Positions 10,936 through 23,409 of a stretch of 64,000 nucleotides of DNA are shown here, one piece after another. The notes beneath the pieces were generated by a model, which searched no databases, was not told the DNA's origin, and saw nothing but the letters and a program-made list of their open reading frames with translations. Position numbers and translations under genes: made by a program. Positions within the stretch are counted from its first letter, which is position 1, and the number at the start of each line of letters is the position of its first letter. The DNA is from Piedraia hortae CBS 480.64. Its lineage: Eukaryota. The stretch is from NCBI GenBank assembly GCA_010093745.1, contig MU005972.1:135170-199169 (forward strand), read 5' to 3'.

Positions 10936-11591
10936 AGTGTACATTAGTGTAGAATTATGTGAAAAAAAAATTAATCAACTCCATATACATTATGCAATGC
11001 TCATTATCATCAACGGCAGCTATTAAGAGTTCAGTCAGGCACCGCAAAGGCGTACTCTGCCGGCATTGCGCACTTTGTATCCATATCTCCTTCAGTGCAC
11101 ATTGCTTAAGCCCCGTGTTTTCCCGAACATAGGCCAAGACACACGCCAAGACGCGCACGGACCCCAGGTTTTCACATCTTAATTCCAACACTGGAAGGTA
11201 TATATATCATACGCGTGCACGCTAAGCCATTGCATGTTTGTGTATTCAATCTATGCTCTGTCGACACGCAAATTGACCCTATCAGTGTCGTGACCTGCTT
11301 AATTCGCGTGTGGGCTAGTATATGGGCTTTTGTAGATGTGGAGCAAAGGCTCTTTTCCGCTTCCCCTTAGGTAAAGTTGTTGCCCAATCAAATTCTGGGT
11401 CCAGCCACGCCACGTTGTTGCCTGAGCTACCGGTGTCTTCCATACATTGAGCTCCACCTGAATAAAGTCGTGGCCAGGTAAAGTTGCGGGCCCACACTGC
11501 GTTGTTTCCTGGGCTCGGTTTGCTCCTCTTCTTTTTCTCGAGCAACCACCAAGACCTGTCCTCCGTTCAGTTACGGCACTGCAAGACACCA

Positions 11592-12309
11592 ATGGCTGGA
11601 CGCTTCCCTCTTCCTAACCCCGGCGTGATGCCGGCCAACTTTTACCAACAGGTGGCCATCACCCACACTGCTACGTTACCATCGAGTCGTTTTCAGGAGA
11701 ACGCCAGCCGTTACGCTGCTCTCTTGACAAGTCATCGCAACCTGTCTGAGAAATTCAAGGCGTTCGGCCTAGACGATGGATCAAGCGAGACACACCTGAA
11801 TGGACTTCTGACGAAGATGAAGAAGTAGAGTTTCCCCAACCCTCACGAAGTTTGATGCTGATCCCAAGCAGAGAATTGGCGCACCAGCGTTACGTGGAGG
11901 TCGGCCAGATGGTACCTAAGCCGCAAGTCGATCTGGTTGATTCCACCATGGAGCCCTTGCTCGGGGACTTCTTCATCAACAATCCACCTCCCAAAATGTT
12001 TGAATATTTTTACCTTGCCAAGCTCTGTCGTTGCACGACCGCGGCACTCGTCCTATGGTGTGAGTAGTCACTGTTTCTTGACAGGATCACAATGCTGACC
12101 AACCACAGTTCAGGTACAGTACGCCATTCTGGCCACTATCCCGTAAGGGTAATGATGCATGCTCGACAACGAAGAGGCTGGAGTGCGAACCGAGAGAGGA
12201 GGCTCTCGTGGCTATACAAAGCGTTTGTAGTAGACGACACTTTTACTAATAATGCAGCGTGACAGGAAGTGTCATTCAAGTACTCGTTGCTGCTCGTGTG
12301 TCCCAGTGA
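11592..12309 (+). CDS. Orphan multi-exon hypothetical protein (introns 11825-11871 and 12060-12108; tentative 12143-12174 and 12223-12257)
   Basis: GT..CTGAT/CTGAC..CAG introns join ORFs 11484-11828 and 11852-12067 in frame. If the last two very short introns are not real, the gene stops at 12146. Confidence 0.45.
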
Positions 12310-12511
12310 ATGGGCATCTGAGCCCTCAGGGATTTGTGATGGAGCAAATTTGTTTCACTAGTTCATCCTCACGACGTGAGAGCATTGCATTTCGTGAATA
12401 ATTGACGAGATTTGATTCTCACAGGTGGAAGCTGCGCATGGGATTCTGTCCACGCGGCTCGACAGCCTTACGTGAGTTTCGTAATGTTAGTTGTGATAGT
12501 TACGTTTCACG

Positions 12512-13081
12512 TCAAGTTGGAGTGGTGAATACCAGCCCAACTTTATAATTCCATTCAACAACTTTGCTTCTCCATTTAGCAACCATCGGATGTACGGGAA
12601 GCTCCCCTGCTGCATCAACAGCGCACCACCGCGGAAGTCCGTTTTCAAAGTACTCGCTTCCAAGCAATTTAGCTACAGCGAGCTCTTTCTCCGCTTCGGA
12701 GAGAGCTAAGGAAAGTTCCTCAGGAAGTGCGGTGTCCTTTTGTTTCAGATCATCTTCCTTTGACTGAGAAGAAAATTCACGCAGCTCAGTCAAAATACCA
12801 AGACACCAACCGGCCTGCAAACCGACTTCGATACCGAATCGGTATCCCTCATCGAAACCTTCCTGAACATGCATCTCCTTACCCTGCGCAAGTCCCTCAC
12901 GGTAGCCATCAGTCATGTGCGTACGGCGCAAACGGGGGATCTCGGACCCTTCCGATTCCACGGCAAACACTTCGTCTAGAGGTTGATTGTCCCAAACATC
13001 ATCACCATCTTCCGCAAACGTGCCAGTAATTTGCATGAGATCAAACTCTTCAATTTCCTCTCTGATGCGTGGGTTTTTCAT
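12512..13081 (-). CDS. YAE1: Essential protein Yae1 (start at 13081 or 13036)
   Basis: RLRRTHMTDGYREGLAQGKE..VQEGFDEGY repeated GX3 motif. Confidence 0.85.
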   Translation of the reverse strand: MKNPRIREEIEEFDLMQITGTFAEDGDDVWDNQPLDEVFAVESEGSEIPRLRRTHMTDGYREGLAQGKEMHVQEGFDEGYRFGIEVGLQAGWCLGILTELREFSSQSKEDDLKQKDTALPEELSLALSEAEKELAVAKLLGSEYFENGLPRWCAVDAAGELPVHPMVAKWRSKVVEWNYKVGLVFTTPT

Positions 13082-13335
13082 ATTTTGATCTGATTTCACA
13101 AAGCGCGAAATCGACACGGTGTGCAGTGGTTTGAGACGGTTCGGCCCGGATCCACAACTCTGCGGCCAGGTGTTCTCCCTCGCTCTTTGAAACACCTCCT
13201 TTCTTGACACGCTTCCACAATTCACAATTACATTTGCCTCCAGCATGGTACACGATTACAATCCTCTCTACAAAGTCACGACTAACATCAAAGTCTTCAC
13301 TTCCCGATATCCCTGAAGGATCACAATGTATCCCG

Positions 13336-14422
13336 ATGCCTCCGATTTCCGCGTTCGCGGTGGATGCAGCAAAACGCGCGGCGATGCGCGAGCAACTGCT
13401 TGAAGGGAAGAAGCTGAAGCGCACGAAGCGCTTTCCTCGTCGTGTCGCTGGGGAAAACGACCTTACGACAGCAGAGTTCCGGTTCGAATCGAAGAAGCTC
13501 GAACGCGCGGTCCGGTGGAACACGCTGCTGACGCACAGCAACCTCAACGGTGACGATGTGATTGCTGCCAGTACTGGCGGTCGCGTGCCAAAGGGCACGG
13601 GGGACTATGCCCGTTTGCGTGGGAAACTGCAGCAGAATGTGCGGTCCTACAAGAGCAAGACAACGGCCAACATGCAGTCGCTCCTGACACGGTATATGAA
13701 GATATCCGACTGGCGCGACCGGGATGACGAAGACTTTGTGTCTTGGTTTTCGGGAACTTTCACCAAACAGAGGTACTTTTACGTCTTCTATTTCCTCAAA
13801 CGCCAGATCGACTATGATGCTTCCACCGAGATGGGAAGATGGTACATGAAGAGTGCGTACAACTCCCTACAATCTTTCACTCCAACTAACAGAAAAAACA
13901 GGCGTATACACCAACCTCGGCATCGCGGTACGCGCGTACATCAAGAACGAAAGATCCAAAGACTCCCACAGCGTGCTGATGAACGAGTGGGACAGCATGG
14001 CGCTCCATCCGCAGCATGACCAGGTTGAAATTTCGGATTTCGCCGAATGGCATCCCGCCCCTCCACCCGTCGTGGAAGAGGAGAAGAAGGTGTGTCCCGC
14101 AATGGAGGCCGCGTTCGGACGATTTGTTTCCATCGGCCCCCCTCCGCCGAAGAGGGCCCGTTTGGATACAACTGAAGGTGCGGCTGACTCGGTTCCCGCT
14201 TTTGCGCCCATGCCTGATTCTGCCGCCCCGTCAACCTCCGCTTCTGCTCCTGCTCCCGCACCGGTTAGGGCCGTTGAGTCTGACGCGGGTATCGGAGATG
14301 GGGATGATCTATCTTCCCAAGGAGATGACGAAGGAAATGACTCCACCATCTTTGGATATGATTGTCTCAACGATGATGAAGTGGAAGATAGCGTGAGTGA
14401 ATCGAGTGTGGACACAAGTTAG
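13336..14422 (+). CDS. Orphan hypothetical protein of about 345 aa with acidic tail; intron 13853-13901
   Basis: GTGCGT..CTAAC..CAG intron joins ORFs 13204-14019 and 13853-14422 in frame; no family recognised. Confidence 0.6.
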
Positions 14423-14710
14423 GCAGTGAAAGTAGCAGTCTGTCCGCTCGTAATACCCAGTCCCCATATGTCCAAATTTGTCCATGTGTTCTGCCAAGAC
14501 TGGCGCACTGTATATCAAATACAGCAGAGATGAAACGACACAAAGGATAGAATACAGCAATCGCTACGTAGAAATGAAATAAAATGTGCACGCCATTAAT
14601 CATTTCCCGCTTCTGAAGAAGAGAAACTAATAACAGCCGACGCTGACATTAATAAAACCACCCACACACGTCTCGGGGCTGATGATTAAGTAGGAAGGAT
14701 AGAAGCGTGT

Positions 14711-17046
14711 CTAGAAAGCTGGTGGATACCGTCCGGCGGGGCCCAAGTCCATCCTTCGTCCGCCTCGGTTTCCGGGCAGTTCGAAGTCCGGAGCCGAATC
14801 CAGCAAAACCTCTTGTTTGCGCACCGCCGGCTTCAACGGCCGCGGTGTGTGTGCAGGGCTGCCGTACGAGGCCCCAGGCCAGTTTGGATTGACCGGTCGT
14901 TGTGAAATACTTGTGAAGTGGCTTGCTTCGCTGCCGGCCGCGGGACTCCTGGCTCCTTCCGGGATGGATTCGTAAGACTGATCGCGTGGCAAGCGGTCTG
15001 GAAGCGGTCCAGCCATCGCCGGATGCCCTACGGGAGCGCTGCGAGCGTCAGTTAATAACTCCTATTGTCCGGGCCGGTTTCGTACGATGGACCTCTGGAA
15101 GCCGAACGCTCATTGAGGTATCCTCCGGGTGTGAGAATTGAAGGCAAAGGTCCGTGTCCGCCTCCTCCTGGTACGGGATCATCAGCAAAACGTGGATCCA
15201 GGTCCTCGTAGTAAGATGACGCTCTACGATGATTGCCAAGGTCGGGCGAGCCTTTGATTGGAGATAGCGGCATGGCGGCACCAGCTTCTGGCGGGACCCA
15301 TTGAGGAGCGGCTTCAAGACCTTGTCCGTTGTTAAGGTTATTGTGATAGGGCACTGCAAAGCCAGGCTGGGCAGGAGCTGGGCTCATACGGTCCTGAACC
15401 TCATTATTGGGCACCTGGCCAAAAGACTGCTGTTGGATAGGCACTGGACTGGCCCGATCGTTCTGGACATTTGGCAGCAGGGGCGCAGGACTCCTCCTTT
15501 CGACCAAACCATGTGGAATCGTCTGCAAGGGGCCTGAATGTTGGCCCTGGTTGGATGGTGCTGGGCTTGCACGGCCAGCTTGGGGGTACGGCTGTGCGGG
15601 TACGGGGCTCATCCGGTCCTGGGCGTTGTTGTATGGCGCTAACGGCGGCTGCACAGGAGGACTTGCGCGATCCTGGGCCTGATTCATGGCGAAATTGGGT
15701 TGAACTGGCGAAGCAGTATGCTCGTTCATTTCAATTGCCTGACCAATCGGGCCCATGCCGTAGGTATCGACAGGCGACGGTGCCATTGCCGTGCGAGTAG
15801 CATAAGGGTCAGTCATTGGGCCAGAGAAACCGGATGGCCCTGGCCGAGGCATGCCTCCACGGGGAGGGCCATAGCCGCCCCGTCCACGCATCTGGACTGG
15901 ACCGCCACGGACACCACCACGAGGAGCTCCGCGTCTGGGGCCACCGTAGCCGCGATTCATTGGACTGCCTCGAGGAGGACCAGAATAGCCTCGCATGGGA
16001 GGGCCGTAGCCACCGCGACCGGCAGATCCGATGGATCCCTGCGAGCCCTGCGAGCTCTGGTGTCTCAGACCAGGACGATATCCAGCCGCAGCAGCTCCAG
16101 CGCCGGCCGCCAGAGCGGGGCCCATCATTCCAGCGCCTCTATATCCTCCTCTTGCGTGGTTGTCCATGCTCGGTCGACCAGGCATTGGCGGCGCATCCTC
16201 GCCCGGCATGAACGGCCTGCCTGCGCTGCCCACACTGTGTACACTGGATTTGCGCGATGGATTTAGCGGAGCACGATCGTCGACACTGGGCGCACCGGTG
16301 GACATGGCATCAACGCCATCCATGCTGGTTGGATCGCGCGCTGGACTCGCGTCGAAAGTCGCAAACTTGGGTGCCGTGGGTGGCGGACTGTCCGCTCGAG
16401 GTAGCTCATCAGTCATGAGACGCTGCTGATTGCGCTGATTGAAGTAGTTGGATCCGTTCATGTCGGCATTTTCGGCAATGCGCTTCTTGCGCGCCTTGCG
16501 ACTGACCAGAGTGCGGCGCATGACACAGGTGACAATGGTCGACAGAATGATCAAGATGGTCGCAGCCAGGACGATCCAGCCGCCCCAGCGCGTGTGCGGT
16601 TGAAAGAGTAAGACATCAACGAGAAAGGCAAGGAGCGTGACGAGGAGTGTCGGGATGGTGAGGATGAGCAGGGCAAGGAGGTAGCGTGGGCTGTTCGAGG
16701 GGCCATGGAAGTGAGCAGCAAGAGCGAGGCCGAGACAGATAAGGACCATCAAGGCGGCGATTGGATGGATGATAAGGATCGACGAGAGTGTCTGACGTGC
16801 CGACGACGGCAGATTGAAGTTGGCCGCGCCATCGCCGCCTTTGAATAGGCCGTCGGTGCTGTAGCCCAGCTGCGGACCGTGGCAATCGTTCCCATTGCAG
16901 TAGCCAAGCACGCCAAAGTTGTAGCCTTGATAAGAGCCAAGTGGGATGGAGTGGATGATGGGGGCAGAGAGGGTGCTGAGAAGGAGACAAACAAAGGCAG
17001 CAAGGAAAATAAGGGCCAGAGGGGTGGCAGGCCGCAGAAGGCCCAT
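14711..17046 (-). CDS. palI: pH-response PalI/Rim9 (SUR7/PalI family) membrane protein; intron 15039-15085
   Basis: MGLLRPATPL, FGVLGYC, TM helices; C-terminal SEASHFTSISQRPVNPNW is joined in frame by a 47-nt intron. Confidence 0.88.
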
Positions 17047-17569
17047 TCTCGATGTCTAATCGAGGCGTTGAAAGGAGCGACAGAGGAAGAGCGGTCGACA
17101 GCCTCGGGGGAGGCGGGAAGGCGTAGGGCGTGTGGCGAGTCTCCGCTTCGCGCCAAGCAACGGCTGCTCCCGTTTGTCAACGACTCATTCCTCGCGTGAT
17201 TGGTGCGTCACCGCCAGACGCGACCCGCCCACGCGTCCCGTTGCACTGCCACTTGCTCTGGAAGCGCTCATGGCCTTCTGTGACCTTCTGGAAGCCCCGT
17301 GAAACACGACTGACACGTCCATTTGGTGAGCTTTGGCCTTGTTTCCGCTGTCTCCCTGCCTGTCTCCTTTTGTCCTGTCATCTATCATGGCCCACAGAGT
17401 TATTATTGTCCCAAGACCCCCGCACACCGCTCTTTGGCAGATCATCACTATGCCAAGATTTGCTAAGCCACAGAACTTGTCTTGGTAAGGATCGACTATA
17501 CTCTGACTCAGTGTAGGTTTGTTAGAATATGATACAACGGAGTTGATATGGTACAGTGTAGGATCTCGA

Positions 17570-18456
17570 CTAGCTCTTATCGATAGGGCCCTTCCAGTCT
17601 CTGATATGGTCATTGATCACCTTTGCGGCGGCCTCTGAAGTGAAGTTACGTCCGATGGCCTCGACAAAGTCGCCTTCGGGGTCCATGAGATAAAAATAGA
17701 TGCTGTGATCGACGAGATAGTCCTGGCCTGGCTTAACATCTGGTGGAGTAGAGAAGTAGACCCGGTAGGCCTTACACACATCTTTGACCTCTTGCCAGGT
17801 GCCAGTCATGCCGAGAATGTCCTTGTGAAACTCGGCAAGATACTTTCTCAGCACCTCGGGCGTATCTCTGACGGGGTCGCATGAAATGAACACGGGTCGC
17901 AGAACGTTTCCGTGCTCCTTCTTCACGCTGTCAATCATGCCCGCCATCTTATCGAGTTCTTCGGGGCAGATGTCTGGACAGTGTGTGAAGCCAAAATATA
18001 CCAGCGAGTATTTTCCCTTGAGCGTTTCCTCTGTAAAGTCGTTGCCGTTCTGGTCTACCAGATGGAACTTGCCGCCCACCAGCGGCCGACCTATGCCTTT
18101 GTTTGCCTCTGCAATCTTTGCCCGTTCCATGCGTGCTTTCTCGAATCGAAAGTAGATGGTGAGCCCAGCGCCCGCCAGAAGAAATATCACACCTGCCTGC
18201 CACGAGAACGGCTGTTCAGCTGTTAGTTTACTTTGTGTATATGAACACCACATTGTCTACATACCCCCGTCCTGTGGCGCGACTTTGCTTCGTCAACGGT
18301 TTTGTACTGTGGCCTCGCTGTTGATGAGAATGTTCGGCCTTGACAGAGCCATGGCTTGGTGGTTATTGACGGGGAAGGTGCTGATCGATAAAGACGCTTC
18401 GAAAGACTCGCTTCGGCTCGCAAGCATAATAAGCTACTTAGTGGTCGCAATGCCAT
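17570..18456 (-). CDS. SCO1: Cytochrome c oxidase copper chaperone SCO1/SCO2; intron 18212-18264
   Basis: YFGFTHCPDICPEEL (CxxxC), DYLVDHSIYFYLMDP; mitochondrial presequence-like exon 1. Confidence 0.95.
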
Positions 18457-18570
18457 TGAAGTTCCATGCGTTGGACTGTCGCGCTGTCATGTAATATGCA
18501 CGGGCCACTTAGCTATGCGACCCACCTCAGTCAATTTTTCTCTAACTTCTGAGCCAAACAGCACATGCAA

Positions 18571-21500
18571 CTACCACTCCAGCTCCAATCTAGATAACAT
18601 CCTACTAACATCTCCCTCTTTTGCAACTCTCAGTTTAGTATCCGCTTTAATGCGACTGTAAAAAATGGCACAATCCTTAGATTCGCACTTCACCGGCTCA
18701 CCCGGCGCGAAGCCCGCACAGTTTCTGCACACCATGTGGGTTTCTCTCACTCTCCGCTCCATTTTCACGAGCTTCATTAGCAGGGCGTACATAGTATCCT
18801 GCTTTTTAGCCTCGCAGTCACTGCAAAGCGGAAGAGCTCCTTCAACTCTGCGTCGACAAGCAACACAATGTGAGGATCCCATATAGGCCTCCATGGTCTT
18901 CTTTCCACCCACAGCACGGATGCGTTGCACTTTTGGCATCTCTTCATACCACTGCCTCACATTGGCGCCGACAAGATTGAATATCCGCTCAAGCGGTGGG
19001 ATCAGGTTTTTTGTAATGTAGTACTCTGCATCAAGCTCGGCGTGCTCATCGTAGACAAGGCGCTCCGGCTCGACACACCGCTCCCAAAGCCGTGAACCGG
19101 GTGCGCCGGCTATGACTACGTAGGGTACTCGCTCGCCGTACTGCGGTTCTGCGCGCGGGTCACGAAGCATCTTCCTCGTGGCGATAAGGGCGCCCGGTGG
19201 AGGAGGACCTTTGTCTGCATACGTGCCAAGCTTCACCGATTTTGCAAAGCAGAAGTCTTGCACCCCAATGCTGCCTGACTTGATTTTGGTGCATTGTGAT
19301 TGGAAGTAGTGTTTCACTTGGCTCAAATCGCTGGTGCGGAAGAGAATCTTGAGAGCGGCTTCTTCGATCTTCTGTTCTGCTGGCGTGCCGTCTCGACGCA
19401 CTGTTTCGATCCCTTTTGCATCAAAAACCGGCTCTTTTTGATCCAAACTCTCGTACTTAAACCCAACATAGCGCTTCTTGGTGAGCAAGATACAAGGGTG
19501 GTATACCTTTTCAATCTTGAGCTTCATCGGTCTCGGATTTGTCTCTGTGATTGTCTTGGCCATTTCCTCCCCGATGCGAAAAGCTTCTTCTCGCGTTCGC
19601 CCGTTGAGGTGTACAAATAGACTGTCAGTGTCGCCGTAGACAACCTCTGCTCCCCACCGCTCAGTCGCGTGGATCAATGCAATGGCTTTTTCCAAAGTCT
19701 CACGTCCCGTCTGAACGATGCTGTCCGCAATTTCCGAGCACGGCATGCGACCACTGAAACTAGCACTTGTGTATCCATACGTAACGTTTGCAATCAGCTT
19801 GAGAGCAAGCTGCCTGTTGTTGAGCAGTCGCTGGAGCACTTTATCATCGCGATCGACTTTCATGCCCGACTTAACCATTACTCTCGTCTCCAAGATCTCG
19901 CCGAGCATTTTCGCGAGCAGAGACTTGCGAACAGACGGCTTGACAAACATGATGCCGTTGGGTGCAATGTTCAGGCTATCTTTGACCAACTCCAGTAGCC
20001 CCGGTGCACGCTCAAAGTTGGTAAAACCCAACTTATTTGTCCCGCGCCACGGCACTACTCTACCTAGACAAGTCGAGTAGCAGTAGTTATAGGCAATCAT
20101 GATGCTGGGGTAAAGGCTTTGGAAGTCTAGCACCAGCACGGGCGAGGTGTAAAAGGCGGACTGGGGCTCCATAATTAGAGGGAGGCATTCCAGGGCGTTT
20201 TGGCCCCCAACCTGCTTGCGTGATGGCGAGACCAGTGCAAAAGACTCTGGTTTGGCGATGCGGAACATTAGACTTTCGACTTTGAATTGGCTGCCTCGAG
20301 AGGTCACAGAGAAAAAATCCACACCCAGCAGCCGTGCTTGTTCGGATGTTCTGGCGATGAATTCGTTGGCTTCTAATAATTCAAGATCAAGCTTCGTCCT
20401 GCTGACGAAATAGTCGATTACTTTGAAGAGATCTCTCGGACTGCTGCCTTGCCACCATGTGGTCAGCGTTGCAAAGCTATATCGCGGTATACGCCGGTGA
20501 AGGAGTTGGAAAGTTACGTTTTCCAGTGTGTACTGTAAAAGTGCGAGCTCGCCCTGTAGTGCTCTCCAGATGTTGATGGTGTGTCTACCTGTAATAGTCA
20601 CAGCCGATGTGTGCGTGAATCCCCAACGATCAGCGTCTTTGCCGAACCTCCCGTGAGACTTCGACTTCATTCGTGAAAGTTCGTCAGGGAGCTTATACTC
20701 GTACTGAATCCGTGCTCGCTCAATGAGGTAGCCCCACGAGCTGTTGTGGACTTCATATCCAGTCAAAACATCGGGATCGTAACTCCGCACAATATGGACG
20801 ATCCAATTAATCAATTCCAGCTCTTCATCCTCTGCGTGAACGTCAATGCTGGTCCCGACTGCCTTTTGCACTTTCTTCGTCAAAGTCCCCTCGCCATCCA
20901 GTAGCACAATTCCTCCAAATGCTTGGTCCTGGACTATTTGTTCATCGGAAAGGTACCATACCACCATGCTTATCTCATCCTTTTCAGGGTCGGGGGCGAA
21001 CTCCCCTCTAGTGTTGACATGCACCTCAAGACTCATAGTAGACATGTAACCGGTAACATGCTGTATCGAGGTGGAAGTCTTGCGTTGCGTGTACTTGCAC
21101 CCGAATGAGCCTTTTTGCGTTGGCCCTTCGATTTGGCTAACATCACGTCGTTTAGGCGTACGAATGTTGGACTGCTGACGCTTCTTTGGTCTTCTTTCAG
21201 CATCTACCCATCCCTGTACCTCCAAGGCAGTCGGAGGATGCTTTGCAAGCTTCCAGGATCTGAGGGAACATTGCCTGCTTCTTTGCTGCTCTTCGAGCTC
21301 TACTTTGAATCGGTCTACTGTTACTCTTCCAAGCCGAACACCGCCAAATTTATCAAATGGTTGAAGATAAGGGACAGTGTTACTTGCAAGCCTAAACTCC
21401 TGTCCACCGTACTCCCTGGGACGCTCTGGGACATCCATCTCGTTGCTGTAGTATGCATCCTCATAAATGACCTGCGGGTCGATTGAATCGCGAACCTCAG

Positions 21501-23409
21501 ACCGGGTTGGGGGCGCGATTGTGAATAGGTATAAGTTGTGTGCGGACCTCCCGTAAGTCTTTGCAAACTGTTCCAATTTCATATGACTCATCAGTGGCTG
21601 TTTTCTTCGAATGAATGATGAGTTGGCACTCTTGCTGAAGAGACTGGTATAAGAGTTGGAAGATTGCCCATCTGGTATACCATCAACTGATGGCTGATTA
21701 AAAGAGTTGGCATCCTTCTGCATGTCAACTCTTGGGCTGTATTGTGACCGTTCACCGTAGATGGGGTCGACAACGGAAGGAAGTTGGCTCATATTCCGAG
21801 TAGCCTGTTGCAAGAGCGGAGCAATTTGCGTCGATGGAGGAGGCGAATCTCCTCGACGGAGGCCATCGGGGAGCTGCATCTTAGAGTCACTGTCCTTGAT
21901 ACGATGGGGAGCCTTGGGTTGAACAATGTCTCGAACACGAAAAAGCGAGCTTCTATGCAGTTCACTCTTGGATCTTACCCGTGCAGGCAAGTCTGGGCTA
22001 ACAGAAGGTTGGTCAGGGTGTGCTTGTTGCAGCTCCGCGTCTTGTTCAACGACCTTCTCTACTTCAGTATCACGCATCTGCGACAGTGCCTTGGCCCGCG
22101 CGGTGTCTTCATCGCTCTCACACTCAGCGTCTTCGTACAACTCGCTGATGTTAGAAACGTCCACCAGAGCAACACCCGGGATTTCTTGGGTGTTGCCAGC
22201 GCTCTGGGGTTGAGATGCTGTGCCGTCTGTTCCAGAATTCACATTCCAATTGCCGGATATGTGCTTGTAATAAAAGTCTTCAACGCTCTCTAGCATAGTT
22301 GGGATGCCGTCATGCGGGTTTAGTTGCCGCTCGAATGCGCCAAACGTGATGTCTGTATCTCCTCGTGCCGCACACTCTTGTTGCGCAAGTTGGTCTACCA
22401 TCTCTCGGAACTCAGCCTCATGTATCCAGTCTCCATAGTGCTCGCTACGAGGATTTGCGGACATGCTCACCAGCACCTCAGGCGCAAAGGGTGAACTCGC
22501 AGAGTCCGAGAGGCCCATTCTGCGTTTTCGTCTTCGTGTCTCGTCCTTCCACAGGCCAGCCATGGAGTGCACCAACTTTTTCTCAGGGGGCAAATTCTTT
22601 TGTGAAGAAAGCCTTTCCACAAAGGACTGATGCAGCTCTCTTGGCTGAACGGCATGACGATTCAAGATATCTTCCACTCGAATATCCAACTCTAGCTGAC
22701 AGTGGCTCATTCGGGGGAACCGATCAGCGTCCAATATGCAATTCTGGGAAATGCTTCCATTGTGCCATCGATGGGTCATGTGTATCTCAGCCCAGTCAGG
22801 TATGGGTGCCCTAAAGCTTGGCGTATTCGTTTCAATGTAATCGCAGCCGTACAGATTGTAATCGCACATCCACTGCAAAATGTACTGCATATGGGCCTCA
22901 TACGGCTGGAAAATTTGCTTCATCACCACGCCTTGCTGCAGGAGGTCCGCAAAGCGTGTCATATGTAGAGGATTGAGAAGGTATATTTTTAGGAAGCTAC
23001 GATAGCCTACATTGTAGCCAAAAAATGGAACACCCTTGACGAGGGAGATGTGGGCGACATATGTGCTCTCTCGGGGATTAGATGAGTGCGGGTTGCGCCT
23101 GTAGGAAAGGGCCAAGGCGTGATCAATTGAGGCGCGAAAGGTGGAGATGTATCTCTCGACAACATCAGGTTCAAGACTCTCGAGATATGGGACGTAAAGG
23201 TAGGGAAATGCGCCGTGGATGTGGACGCAGACCTTTTGGCCCGTTTCTGTTGACCCAAAGACTCTGATGATAGGTACTTGGGGTAACTTAGCCTGCTGGG
23301 CTGTTGCCTGAACTCCCCAGAGCGGCGGATCAAGCACCGTGGGCGCGCACTGGCAATGATCGACACAATTTAGCCGCACGCGAAAGGGTTCTTGCTGCCG
23401 TTCACCCAT
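18571..23409 (-). CDS. REV3: DNA polymerase zeta catalytic subunit
   Basis: LDFQSLYPS, LKLIANVTYGYTSA, YGDTDS, KKRYVG, KGIETVRRD; C-terminal Cys clusters. Confidence 0.97.
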   Translation of the reverse strand: MGERQQEPFRVRLNCVDHCQCAPTVLDPPLWGVQATAQQAKLPQVPIIRVFGSTETGQKVCVHIHGAFPYLYVPYLESLEPDVVERYISTFRASIDHALALSYRRNPHSSNPRESTYVAHISLVKGVPFFGYNVGYRSFLKIYLLNPLHMTRFADLLQQGVVMKQIFQPYEAHMQYILQWMCDYNLYGCDYIETNTPSFRAPIPDWAEIHMTHRWHNGSISQNCILDADRFPRMSHCQLELDIRVEDILNRHAVQPRELHQSFVERLSSQKNLPPEKKLVHSMAGLWKDETRRRKRRMGLSDSASSPFAPEVLVSMSANPRSEHYGDWIHEAEFREMVDQLAQQECAARGDTDITFGAFERQLNPHDGIPTMLESVEDFYYKHISGNWNVNSGTDGTASQPQSAGNTQEIPGVALVDVSNISELYEDAECESDEDTARAKALSQMRDTEVEKVVEQDAELQQAHPDQPSVSPDLPARVRSKSELHRSSLFRVRDIVQPKAPHRIKDSDSKMQLPDGLRRGDSPPPSTQIAPLLQQATRNMSQLPSVVDPIYGERSQYSPRVDMQKDANSFNQPSVDGIPDGQSSNSYTSLFSKSANSSFIRRKQPLMSHMKLEQFAKTYGRSAHNLYLFTIAPPTRSEVRDSIDPQVIYEDAYYSNEMDVPERPREYGGQEFRLASNTVPYLQPFDKFGGVRLGRVTVDRFKVELEEQQRSRQCSLRSWKLAKHPPTALEVQGWVDAERRPKKRQQSNIRTPKRRDVSQIEGPTQKGSFGCKYTQRKTSTSIQHVTGYMSTMSLEVHVNTRGEFAPDPEKDEISMVVWYLSDEQIVQDQAFGGIVLLDGEGTLTKKVQKAVGTSIDVHAEDEELELINWIVHIVRSYDPDVLTGYEVHNSSWGYLIERARIQYEYKLPDELSRMKSKSHGRFGKDADRWGFTHTSAVTITGRHTINIWRALQGELALLQYTLENVTFQLLHRRIPRYSFATLTTWWQGSSPRDLFKVIDYFVSRTKLDLELLEANEFIARTSEQARLLGVDFFSVTSRGSQFKVESLMFRIAKPESFALVSPSRKQVGGQNALECLPLIMEPQSAFYTSPVLVLDFQSLYPSIMIAYNYCYSTCLGRVVPWRGTNKLGFTNFERAPGLLELVKDSLNIAPNGIMFVKPSVRKSLLAKMLGEILETRVMVKSGMKVDRDDKVLQRLLNNRQLALKLIANVTYGYTSASFSGRMPCSEIADSIVQTGRETLEKAIALIHATERWGAEVVYGDTDSLFVHLNGRTREEAFRIGEEMAKTITETNPRPMKLKIEKVYHPCILLTKKRYVGFKYESLDQKEPVFDAKGIETVRRDGTPAEQKIEEAALKILFRTSDLSQVKHYFQSQCTKIKSGSIGVQDFCFAKSVKLGTYADKGPPPPGALIATRKMLRDPRAEPQYGERVPYVVIAGAPGSRLWERCVEPERLVYDEHAELDAEYYITKNLIPPLERIFNLVGANVRQWYEEMPKVQRIRAVGGKKTMEAYMGSSHCVACRRRVEGALPLCSDCEAKKQDTMYALLMKLVKMERRVRETHMVCRNCAGFAPGEPVKCESKDCAIFYSRIKADTKLRVAKEGDVSRMLSRLELEW

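Noticed and set aside
15040..15085. Apparent frameshift or premature stop in palI
   Set aside because: Resolved by a canonical 47-nt intron
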